A stretch of 64,000 bases of DNA from an uncultured Micavibrio sp. (GTDB lineage Bacteria > Pseudomonadota > Alphaproteobacteria > Micavibrionales > Micavibrionaceae), in assembly GCA_965230245.1 (NCBI GenBank), contig OZ246000.1, positions 1,085,054 to 1,149,053 on the forward strand. The letters run 5' to 3'. The notes under the pieces were generated by a model. That model had not been told where the DNA came from. It ran no database searches and saw nothing but the letters and a program-made list of their open reading frames with translations. Position 1 is the stretch's first letter. Each line of letters begins with the position of its first letter. This document shows, piece by piece, positions 8,218-16,417 of this stretch. The translations under genes and the position numbers were made by a program.

Positions 8218-9411
8218 ATGAAGCAGGATACTTTTATCCCGGGCCCGCGCGAGCCCGTGTCTCTCTTTGTCTCCGACACACATCTCTTTCACCGCCATAA
8301 CTCGGCGCTGGATATTCAGGGACGGATGATCGAACAAATCGATCCCGACCGCCTGTATCTCGTCGGCGATATTCTCGATTACGAATACCTCCACCACATT
8401 GCCATCGCCGCGCTGGAGGAAGGCGAAGACCTGCTCCTTCCCGACACGTTCGAAGAATTCATGGAAGAATACGACGTCGGCGACCTCGAAAAACACTTGC
8501 GCTTCCTCGACCTCGTCATGGCAAAGGTCAACGAAGGTGTAGAAGTCCATTATGTCACTGGAAACCACGACAACAACCTTGACTATTTCCATGGGGAGAC
8601 CGTAGAGGGTGTTTTCTTCCACGACCACATGATCGAAGTGTTCGGTGATGAAGTGACACACGTCGAACACGGCGACGAAAACGATCCCGCCGCCCTCAAA
8701 AATTATCAGGGTCTGTACTCCAAAGGCTCGAAGATTCTCGACGCAGGGCTGGCCACCGACCACAAGCTGAAAAAACTCTTCGATTCGATCTCCCCGCCAG
8801 ATGCGCATTATCCGTTTCCGCTGACCAACGGATTAAAACGCGTCGGCAAGTTTTTTATTTCCGCCTTCCGCCAGAATGCCGCCACACGCGCCATGGATCG
8901 CGGCGCAACCGCGACTGTGACAGGCCATATCCACCGCGCAGACATCCGAACACTAAACGTCAAAAATCCGCCTGATCCCGACGAAACAGAACTCACCGCC
9001 GCACAAGTTGAAGAAATTTCCGAACGGGTGCGCACCGTCGGCTTCACCTACCGTAACATCGGGGATGGTCTGACCCACGGCACTAGTCTCGTTTATGAGG
9101 GGAACGGCATGCCCAGAAAGCAAAACATCAACGGCTGGTCGATCCTCAAACAACGGGACATCGTGCCCTCCCACACATTCGATGTCACGAAGGAAAACCC
9201 GTACGAGCAATTCCGCCCGCGGACGATGGCCTTTCTGCAAAAAGCATGGGAGTCCTTCCTGCTCTGTACAGACAATGATCCCGTCTGGGATCACGCGGGC
9301 ACCAAAGTCGCCGAAGCCCGTGCCGAACGCTACGCCGCCGCACACCAACCTGAAAGGGAAAATCCGGCGCAAGGCGGCATAGATATTCCGGGCCTTGAAC
9401 ACATTGGCTAA
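8218..9411 (+). CDS. Calcineurin-like metallophosphoesterase (LpxH-like N-terminal half) with an uncharacterised C-terminal extension
   Basis: Motifs VSDTHL, LYLVGDILD, VTGNHDNN, VEHGD, VTGHIHR. The last ~150 aa have no recognisable motif. Confidence 0.7.
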   Translation: MKQDTFIPGPREPVSLFVSDTHLFHRHNSALDIQGRMIEQIDPDRLYLVGDILDYEYLHHIAIAALEEGEDLLLPDTFEEFMEEYDVGDLEKHLRFLDLVMAKVNEGVEVHYVTGNHDNNLDYFHGETVEGVFFHDHMIEVFGDEVTHVEHGDENDPAALKNYQGLYSKGSKILDAGLATDHKLKKLFDSISPPDAHYPFPLTNGLKRVGKFFISAFRQNAATRAMDRGATATVTGHIHRADIRTLNVKNPPDPDETELTAAQVEEISERVRTVGFTYRNIGDGLTHGTSLVYEGNGMPRKQNINGWSILKQRDIVPSHTFDVTKENPYEQFRPRTMAFLQKAWESFLLCTDNDPVWDHAGTKVAEARAERYAAAHQPERENPAQGGIDIPGLEHIG

Positions 9412-9461
9412 AACCCTCAAAACCTGTTGCGGTGCGCCATGAATCGCTCTAAAAAAGAGGT

Positions 9462-11219
9462 ATGGCTGAAAAGAAAGAAGCATACCGCGTACTGGCGCGA
9501 AAATATCGCCCACAGAACTTTGACGAACTTATCGGACAGGACGCCCTCGTCCGCACCCTCAAAAACGCAATTACATCCGGTCGCATCGCTCACGCGTTCA
9601 TGCTGACGGGCGTCCGCGGGGTCGGGAAAACGACAACCGCACGGATCATTGCTAAGGCCCTGAACTACAAGGGTGCAGACGGCAAGTCCGAAGCGACAAT
9701 CGGCCCGACGGATGATTGCAGCCTGTGTCAGGCCATCTCCGAAGACCGTCACCCCGACGTCATTGAAATGGATGCCGCGAGCCGTACGGGCGTTGACGAT
9801 ATCCGCGAAATCCTCGACGGTGTGCGCTATGCCCCGACCGAAGCCCGATACAAAGTCTACATCATTGACGAAGTACATATGCTCTCAAAACAGGCATTCA
9901 ACGCGCTTTTGAAGACCTTGGAAGAACCGCCCGAGCACGTAAAATTCATCTTCGCAACCACCGAAATTCGCAAAGTGCCGATTACCGTTCTCTCCCGTTG
10001 CCAGCGCTTTGATCTGCGCCGCATCGCGTTCGAGGAACTCTGCACGCACTTTAAAAACATCTGCGGCCTTGAAAACGTCGAAGCCGAAGATGACGCCATC
10101 GCAATGATCGCGCGCGCCGCCGACGGTTCCGTACGTGACGGCCTCAGCCTGCTCGATCAGGCCATTGCTCTGTCCGACGGAAAAATCACCGCCGAGCTCG
10201 TGCAGTCCATGCTCGGCCTGTCCGACCGCATCAAAACCCTCGACCTGATTGAACAGGTTTTAACGGGCGACCTTCCCGCGGCTTTAGCAACAATGGATGA
10301 CATCTACAACAACGGCGGCGCACCGTCTGTCGTTATGCAGGATTTACTTGATTTAACGCACCTTCTGACGAAGATACGCGCCGTGCCGGATATCGCCAAT
10401 CTTGGTGAAGGCCTTTCCAGCGATATGATGGAGCGCACAAAGGATCTATCAGGCAAACTCTCGATGCCGACACTGGGCAAGGCTTGGCAGCTCCTGCTCA
10501 AGGGACTGGGCGAAGTCAACGACGCGCCCAACCCGCAATCCGCCGCCGAAATGGTCATCATACGTCTGGCCTATGCCGCCGACCTTCCCGACCCCGGTGA
10601 CCTGATCAAACGCTTGAAGGGCGACAGCGGAGCCGCAGGAAACACGGCTGGATCGCCGCAAGCACAACAGGGGTCACCGGCTCCTGCCGAAGTCGCACAA
10701 CTCCAAACCGCAACGCCTGCAAAACAACCAAAGCAACCGCTGGAAAAACCCAAACCTGCAATGCCCGAACAACTGAAAACAATTGAGGATGTTGTACACC
10801 TGCTCGAAGCGCACAACGAGCTGATCCTTGCAGGACATTTGTTCCAATTCGCGCACCCCGTAAAATTCTCGTACAAAGACACGGGCGACAATGCGGGCGG
10901 CCATCTGGAATTCAGACCAAAACCCGAAGCCAGCAAGACTTTGGCGCAAGACTTGACCAAAACATTGAAACGCCTGACAGGCAAAAGATGGCTGGTCAGC
11001 CTCTCGACAGCCGCGGGCGAACCGACCCTTGCCGAAACGAAAGAAAAAGAACGTCTGGATGAAATTGATGAGGTTTTGAAACACCCTGCAATTTCAGATA
11101 TCATGCGCATCTTTCCAGACGCCGAAGTCTTGGAGGTCAGCAAATCTGAAAACATAAAACAAGACAACAACCAAGGCACGGCTTTGAAAAACAAACAAAA
11201 CAAGGAACAAAGACAATGA
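9462..11219 (+). CDS. dnaX: DNA polymerase III subunit gamma/tau
   Basis: YRVLARKYRPQNFDELIGQ, Walker A GVRGVGKTTTARI, YIIDEVHMLS, SRCQRF. The linker is proline- and glutamine-rich. Confidence 0.95.
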   Translation: MAEKKEAYRVLARKYRPQNFDELIGQDALVRTLKNAITSGRIAHAFMLTGVRGVGKTTTARIIAKALNYKGADGKSEATIGPTDDCSLCQAISEDRHPDVIEMDAASRTGVDDIREILDGVRYAPTEARYKVYIIDEVHMLSKQAFNALLKTLEEPPEHVKFIFATTEIRKVPITVLSRCQRFDLRRIAFEELCTHFKNICGLENVEAEDDAIAMIARAADGSVRDGLSLLDQAIALSDGKITAELVQSMLGLSDRIKTLDLIEQVLTGDLPAALATMDDIYNNGGAPSVVMQDLLDLTHLLTKIRAVPDIANLGEGLSSDMMERTKDLSGKLSMPTLGKAWQLLLKGLGEVNDAPNPQSAAEMVIIRLAYAADLPDPGDLIKRLKGDSGAAGNTAGSPQAQQGSPAPAEVAQLQTATPAKQPKQPLEKPKPAMPEQLKTIEDVVHLLEAHNELILAGHLFQFAHPVKFSYKDTGDNAGGHLEFRPKPEASKTLAQDLTKTLKRLTGKRWLVSLSTAAGEPTLAETKEKERLDEIDEVLKHPAISDIMRIFPDAEVLEVSKSENIKQDNNQGTALKNKQNKEQRQ

Positions 11220-11536
11220 TGAATTTCCAGCAAATGATGCAACAAGCGCAGGAAATGCAGCAAAAAATTCAGGATATTCAGGCCAAACTCGCCGACATTG
11301 AAGTCATCGGTGAAGCGGGCGGCGGCATGGTTAAGGTCACCATGACATGCGGCGGTAAAATCGCCGGGATTGAAATCGACGACTCACTAATGGACTCAGA
11401 CAAGGAAACTCTCGAAGACCTCATCGTTGCCGCGTTCAACAAAGCCAATGAAGCCAAGGAAGAACGAATTAAATCCGAAACCCAGAGCATGATGGAAAGC
11501 ATGGGCCTTCCGGGCGACATGAACCTTCCCTTCTAA
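11216..11536 (+). CDS. ybaB: Nucleoid-associated protein YbaB/EbfC
   Basis: 106 aa; MQQAQEMQQKIQ...GGGMVKVTMTCGGKIAGIEIDDSL...LEDLIVAAFN. ATGA overlap with dnaX. Confidence 0.9.
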   Translation: MMNFQQMMQQAQEMQQKIQDIQAKLADIEVIGEAGGGMVKVTMTCGGKIAGIEIDDSLMDSDKETLEDLIVAAFNKANEAKEERIKSETQSMMESMGLPGDMNLPF

Positions 11537-11592
11537 GTCGAAACGCACCCGTCACAAAAAACAGGTCACAAAAAACAGAAAGTGGTATTCAC

Positions 11593-12402
11593 ATGCGCTT
11601 GATGACATGGAACATCAATTCAGTACGCTTACGCCTCCCGCTCCTTCAAAAATTGATCGAAGACACGGAGGCAGACATCATCTGCCTGCAGGAGACCAAA
11701 ACCCCCGACGAACACTTTCCAACAGATGCGCTAAAAGACGCAGGATATGAACACCAGCATTTCCATGGCATGAAGGGCTATAACGGTGTCGCCATCCTCT
11801 CGAAACACCCGTTTGAAAAACCTGAAATCCATCATAGAACCGGCAAGGAAGATTGCCGCCACATCGCCGCACAATTTGAAAACTTTCAGCTCCACAACCT
11901 CTACATTCCCGCAGGCGGGTACGAACCCGATCGTAAAATCAACGATAAGTTCGGACATAAGCTTGATTTTGTAGACGAAATGGCCGACTGGTTTGCGGAA
12001 AACCTGAAACCAAAAAAACCTGTCGTCGCAGTCGGTGACTTTAACATTGCCCCGTTCGAAAATGATGTCTGGTCGCACAAACAGCTGTTGAAAGTCGTGT
12101 CCCACACACCCGAAGAAACAACCCGCCTTGAAAAAATGCGCAAATCTCTGAACTGGGTTGATACCAGCCGCGAATTCATACCTTACGAAGAGAAATGCTA
12201 CACGTGGTGGTCATATAGAAATCGTGATTGGAAAAAATCAAACCGCGGCCGCCGCCTTGACCACATTTGGGTCACGCAACCCTTGAAAGAAAAATTGCAG
12301 GATCACCACATCCTCACCCATGTCCGCGACTGGGAAAGAACCAGCGATCACGTGCCCGTTATTCTGGATTTGGATTTTGGCTCTGCGAAGAGGGCGCTGT
12401 AG
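11593..12402 (+). CDS. xthA: Exodeoxyribonuclease III
   Basis: TWNINSVR, ICLQETK, GYNGVAILS, GDFNIAP, YTWWSYR, RLDHIW, SDHVPV. Confidence 0.9.
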   Translation: MRLMTWNINSVRLRLPLLQKLIEDTEADIICLQETKTPDEHFPTDALKDAGYEHQHFHGMKGYNGVAILSKHPFEKPEIHHRTGKEDCRHIAAQFENFQLHNLYIPAGGYEPDRKINDKFGHKLDFVDEMADWFAENLKPKKPVVAVGDFNIAPFENDVWSHKQLLKVVSHTPEETTRLEKMRKSLNWVDTSREFIPYEEKCYTWWSYRNRDWKKSNRGRRLDHIWVTQPLKEKLQDHHILTHVRDWERTSDHVPVILDLDFGSAKRAL

Positions 12403-13261
12403 ACTTCGGCGCATCCGGCTCCTGTATACTCTCCGGCTTAGGCTTCAAGGACATGGACGTTGATGCGACATCATCAGCCCTAATCTCTCCCAAAGCCAAC
12501 ACAGGCCCGTAGCGATATCCCTGATGAAGAACGGCAACATAGCCAAGCTCTGCCGGATCATGCCCTAAAAGAGCCTCGGGATCCTGTTCCAGTGGAAAAC
12601 TAATTTGAATTTCCTCTCCCGTCCAGTCGGCAACTTTATCAGCCGCAACGATCGGCCTGACGTGGTCTTCTGCAACAGCCTGAACAATGATCATGCCGTT
12701 TTCTTCACCCTCATTCGCCGGAACGGTATTCACCTGAACCCCGCCGTCAATCGGCGCATAGGCATAAACAAAAACTTCCCCGCTCGCCGCAGAACCGTCG
12801 GCGCTACCGGGTATGGTCAGCGATAAAGACTGATCTCCGTCTTTCTTGAGTGCGATGAATTTCGTATTATCCGCAGACTTTGCAAGATTGATCGCCGCAT
12901 CAACGCGGTTCGGGTTAGCCTCGTAACGCCCGTTCACAATGATAAGCGGCGTCTTAACACCGAAAAATCCCAGCTTATTGCTGTAAGTAATGCGGTCACG
13001 GTCGCAAAAACCATGCGCATAAGGCGACGTATCCCCTTTTTCCGTTCCTAGTGCTTCCATCCAGCAACTCAGGAAAATGATATTGTCCTCGGAACGGATC
13101 TTTTTTGTGACGTTCTTCATAACATCACTATTCACGTTGCAACTGTTATTCGTATACATCTCCACAAGTACGGGCGAAGACACCGCCGCCTGAAACGGAA
13201 AACAGGCCAAAACCGCTGCCCCTGTAAGAATCTGTCTTTTAAAAAACGTCATACACATCAA
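12359..13261 (-). CDS. DUF1223-like secreted protein with a degenerate CxxC motif and a low-complexity C-terminal tail
   Basis: Signal peptide, then VLVEMYTNNSCNVNSD (DUF1223 normally has ELFTSQGCSSCPPAD) and TPLIIVNGRYEA. The 3' end overlaps the xthA 3' end by 44 nt. Confidence 0.5.
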   Translation of the reverse strand: MMCMTFFKRQILTGAAVLACFPFQAAVSSPVLVEMYTNNSCNVNSDVMKNVTKKIRSEDNIIFLSCWMEALGTEKGDTSPYAHGFCDRDRITYSNKLGFFGVKTPLIIVNGRYEANPNRVDAAINLAKSADNTKFIALKKDGDQSLSLTIPGSADGSAASGEVFVYAYAPIDGGVQVNTVPANEGEENGMIIVQAVAEDHVRPIVAADKVADWTGEEIQISFPLEQDPEALLGHDPAELGYVAVLHQGYRYGPVLALGEIRADDVASTSMSLKPKPESIQEPDAPKSTAPSSQSQNPNPE

Positions 13262-13270
13262 CTTTCCACT

Positions 13271-13435
13271 TTAAAAATCCGAACAGCGGCCACCGACTTC
13301 CCAGTCTCCGTAACGTGTTGGCTCAGGCAAATTCTGATCCTCAAAACCGCCGACTTCCTTCACCTTCTGCGTTTTATCTTCCTGATCTTTCGCCTGCTTC
13401 TGTTCAGCTTTGGTCTTGCTCTGAGTCTTGCTCAT
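13271..13435 (-). CDS. DUF1674 / SDHAF4-like small protein (54 aa; below the ORF-track length cutoff)
   Basis: My own translation of the minus strand gives MSKTQSKTKAEQKQAKDQEDKTQKVKEVGGFEDQNLPEPTRYGDWEVGGRCSDF*. The C-terminal EPTRYGDWE..GR..DF is the DUF1674 signature. A GAGAGG Shine-Dalgarno-like motif lies upstream. Confidence 0.75.
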   Translation of the reverse strand: MSKTQSKTKAEQKQAKDQEDKTQKVKEVGGFEDQNLPEPTRYGDWEVGGRCSDF

Positions 13436-13760
13436 AAATAAAACCTCTCTTTTTCATCATTCGATCTGTTTCTTCGACAACCATTTTATCTTTTTTTTCA
13501 ATGGCCTGATGAATTGCATCCAATGCAATCGCACCGATAATATCAGGATCCGACGCATGTAAACTGTCGTGAATGTTGATATTTGTCATACGCCCGTCAC
13601 ACGCCATCGTGACCTTGATCAACCCGTCATCGGACTGGCCTTCGACCTCGATATCTTCCATTTTAGCACTAAGCTCGCGCAACATAAAATTCACGCTATA
13701 TGCGTGATCTATAATTTTTTTGGGATCTGGAGCTTCCGCGCTTGGTTTTTCTCGTTCCAT
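13404..13760 (-). CDS. Diverged second YbaB/EbfC-family paralog
   Basis: MEDIEVEGQSDDGLIKVTMACDGRMTNINIHDSL...PDIIGAIALDAIHQAI parallels the YbaB at 11216 (LADIEVIGEAGGGMVKVTMTCGGKIAGIEIDDSL...LEDLIVAAFNKA). The likely start is M26 at 13760; the track start is 13835. Confidence 0.6.
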   Translation of the reverse strand: MEREKPSAEAPDPKKIIDHAYSVNFMLRELSAKMEDIEVEGQSDDGLIKVTMACDGRMTNINIHDSLHASDPDIIGAIALDAIHQAIEKKDKMVVEETDRMMKKRGFIYEQDSEQDQS

Positions 13761-13795
13761 ACATAATACTAGAACGAAACGCACTATTGGCACAA

Positions 13796-15211
13796 ATGAA
13801 AATGAGCGTACAAAACAAATCGGAAAATCTGGCAAAAGCCGTTGGTGAAGACAAAGCTAATCCTGCTGATAATCTTTCAGAATCAGCGGAAAATGAAGAG
13901 TTCGAATCCGACATTCTGATGGCCAGACACTGCGCGATCGAATTGCTCGAATCCGTCCTTATCAATAAAAAGACTCTGGACCTTTCACTCGACGGTTCCG
14001 ACCTGTTCCACAAACTCACGCCGCGTGACCGTGCCTTCGTCAGAATGCTGGTAGCCACAACCCTGCGCCGCCTCGGACAAATCGACGATCTCATTGAAAA
14101 GGCACAGGATCGCCCCGGCGCGCTCAAATCCTTGCACCTCAAAAATATTTTGCGCCTTGGCGTATGCCAGCTTTTTTACATGGAAGTGCCCGATCATGCC
14201 GCCGTAGACACATCCGTTGAACTCGCAGAACACGCCGGCATGGAAAAAGCCAAAGGTTTCGTGAACGCAATCCTGCGCACCCTGATTAAAACAGGTGGCG
14301 AATACATAAAGAAACAGGATCCCGCCCGCTTAAACACACCAGAATGGCTGCTGAAAATGTGGATTGAAGACTACGGACTGCGTGGTGCTGCCAAAATTGC
14401 AACCGCCAACATGAGCGAAGCGCCGTTGGACATCACGGTAAAGGCAAAGGAGGATAAATCCTATTGGGGCAGCGCTCTCAAAGCCTCCGAACTCACAACG
14501 GGAACGTTGCGCCGCATGGCAGGCGGCAATGTCCGCGAACTCGAAGGATTTGATCAGGGCAAATGGTGGATACAGGACGCTTCGGCAGCACTCCCCGCAC
14601 AACTCTTTGGACCTATCGAAGGAGAGGAAATCATAGACCTCTGCGCCGCACCGGGCGGCAAAACCCTACAGATGGCTGCCATGGGCGCAAACGTTATTGC
14701 CATAGACCGCTCTGCAAAACGCATCAAAATGCTTGAGGAAAACACGGAACGCATGAGCCTGAAAGACAAGGTGAAAGTCGTCATCTCCGATGCTGCCGTC
14801 TGGAAGCCTGCTGACGAAGCGCCCCAGCGCATTCTGCTCGATGCACCATGCAGCGCAACAGGCACAATCCGCCGCCATCCTGACATGCCCTATCTGAAAT
14901 CACCGAAGGATATCGAGGGTCTGACATCCATCCAGTCACGCCTTCTTCAACATGCCGGAAAATTGCTTGGCATCGGGGGAATCTTGATCTACTGCACCTG
15001 TTCGCTGCAAAAAGCGGAAGGCGAACACCAGATTGAAACCTTCCTCCGCAAAAATCCGAAATTCGCGCGCGTACCCATTTCACCCGATGAAATCGGCGGT
15101 TATGAAGAACTCGTTAACCCCGACGGAGACCTGCGCATCCTGCCCATCCATCTGGCCACACACGGCGGCATGGACGGTTTTTACGTTGCACGCCTAACGA
15201 AAATCGCTTAA
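13796..15211 (+). CDS. rsmB: 16S rRNA (cytosine967-C5)-methyltransferase
   Basis: NusB-like N-terminal domain, DLCAAPGGKT, LLDAPCSATGTIRRHPD, YCTCSL. The likely start is MKMSVQ at 13796; the track start is 13742. Confidence 0.85.
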   Translation: MKMSVQNKSENLAKAVGEDKANPADNLSESAENEEFESDILMARHCAIELLESVLINKKTLDLSLDGSDLFHKLTPRDRAFVRMLVATTLRRLGQIDDLIEKAQDRPGALKSLHLKNILRLGVCQLFYMEVPDHAAVDTSVELAEHAGMEKAKGFVNAILRTLIKTGGEYIKKQDPARLNTPEWLLKMWIEDYGLRGAAKIATANMSEAPLDITVKAKEDKSYWGSALKASELTTGTLRRMAGGNVRELEGFDQGKWWIQDASAALPAQLFGPIEGEEIIDLCAAPGGKTLQMAAMGANVIAIDRSAKRIKMLEENTERMSLKDKVKVVISDAAVWKPADEAPQRILLDAPCSATGTIRRHPDMPYLKSPKDIEGLTSIQSRLLQHAGKLLGIGGILIYCTCSLQKAEGEHQIETFLRKNPKFARVPISPDEIGGYEELVNPDGDLRILPIHLATHGGMDGFYVARLTKIA

Positions 15212-15275
15212 CAATCTTGCCTTAACAAAAAAAGATCGCATATAATTGTCATAAGTAAAAAAACGGGGAAAGATT

Positions 15276-15578
15276 ATGCCTGACGATGTAGTAATGAACA
15301 GAAGTATAGAGCAAACACCGGCCAACTTGCTGGTGGACGAATTTGAAGGCATTGTTCAAGGGGTACATGGGCCTGTCGCGCTATTCAACCGCTCATCGCA
15401 TGTTTTAGAGGACAATCCGGAACTGTCCACCACCTATACAAGAACGCCCGATCAGGTCGCAGAAGGTATTGAACAACGCGAACAGTCCAAAATTCGTCGT
15501 GCCGATCTGGTTGAGCTTCAACTCGTAGAACTGAATGCGGCGCGCGATGCTCTGCGTGCAGAAGGCTGTGAGTTATAA
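15276..15578 (+). CDS. Hypothetical small protein (100 aa)
   Basis: ORF with a GGGGAAAG Shine-Dalgarno-like motif upstream. No recognisable domain. Confidence 0.35.
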   Translation: MPDDVVMNRSIEQTPANLLVDEFEGIVQGVHGPVALFNRSSHVLEDNPELSTTYTRTPDQVAEGIEQREQSKIRRADLVELQLVELNAARDALRAEGCEL

Positions 15579-15748
15579 TCCACGGCATCCCGCTGCCGGT
15601 GGATATCTCCTGATAAAAGTGTTACGTTAAGTAAGTGATTCGCTCCGCTCGGGGTCGTTCTGTCACATCTTCTTGGAACTTCACGTTGTATCAACCATTT
15701 AACCCATAGGACATGCACCTTGTCCAAACAGAGTCTTTAAGCCGCATT

Positions 15749-16405
15749 ATGAGTAAAAACATCCGCATTGCCCCGTCTATCCTCTCCTCTGATTTCGCAA
15801 AACTCGGAGAGGAAGTCCGCGCGATTGACGAGGCAGGAGCGGATTACATACACATTGATGTCATGGACGGACATTTCGTCCCGAACCTGACCTTCGGCGC
15901 TCCTGTTGTAAAATGCCTTCGCCCGCACAGTAAAAAAGTCTTCGATGTCCACCTCATGGTCGCCCCCGTTGACCACCTGATCGGTGACTTCGCCGATGCG
16001 GGCGCGGACATCATCACCGTCCATCAGGAGGCAGGGCCCCATTTGCACCGTACCCTTCAATCCATCAAGTCACTCGGCGTGAAGGCGGGTGTATCTTTAA
16101 ACCCTTCAACCCCCGCCGAAACCATCAAACATGTCCTCGACATGGTCGATCTAGTCCTGATTATGACGGTCAACCCGGGCTTCGGCGGCCAAAGCTTCAT
16201 CCCCGTCCTCGACAAAATCAGCACGGTGCGCCAAATGATTGACGCAACCGGACGCAAGATTGATCTCGAAATAGACGGCGGGGTCAATCCCCAAACCGCC
16301 AAAGACGTCATTGCCGCCGGTGCTGACGTGCTAGTCGCGGGCACGGCCGTCTTCAAGGACGGCCCTGAAAACTATGCGAAAAACATCGCGGCATTAAGAC
16401 CGTAA
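15749..16405 (+). CDS. rpe: Ribulose-phosphate 3-epimerase
   Basis: [41 protein letters not shown]. The start is taken as MSKNIRI; the track start is 15713. Confidence 0.92.
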   Translation: MSKNIRIAPSILSSDFAKLGEEVRAIDEAGADYIHIDVMDGHFVPNLTFGAPVVKCLRPHSKKVFDVHLMVAPVDHLIGDFADAGADIITVHQEAGPHLHRTLQSIKSLGVKAGVSLNPSTPAETIKHVLDMVDLVLIMTVNPGFGGQSFIPVLDKISTVRQMIDATGRKIDLEIDGGVNPQTAKDVIAAGADVLVAGTAVFKDGPENYAKNIAALRP

Positions 16406-16417
16406 AGGAGGTATCCG

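Noticed and set aside
7659-8279. ORFs 7659-7895 (minus) and 7905-8279 (minus) in the tRNA / SRP RNA region
   Set aside because: They overlap the tRNA-Thr and the 4.5S RNA respectively. The RNA genes explain the sequence conservation-type features better, and the ORFs have no coding signatures.
8206-8808. 200-aa minus-strand ORF antisense to the metallophosphoesterase gene. Similar antisense ORFs occur in dnaX (10571-11263), hisH/GNAT (42754-44046), the porin gene (29548-30579) and parB (46669-47136).
   Set aside because: None has recognisable motifs, and each is shadowed by a sense-strand gene with clear family signatures.
9462-11219. Programmed -1 frameshift site in dnaX (A AAA AAG type) producing gamma
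   Set aside because: I looked for an AAAAAAG heptamer in the gene and did not find one. Only AGAAAAAGAA at about 11040 is present, and it lacks the slippery pattern.
15578-15604. Hairpin ATCCACGGCA-TCCCGC-TGCCGGTGGAT immediately after the 100-aa ORF
   Set aside because: It is a 10-bp stem with one bulge but no downstream T-tract. It may be a terminator or a stability element, and the evidence is insufficient to annotate it.
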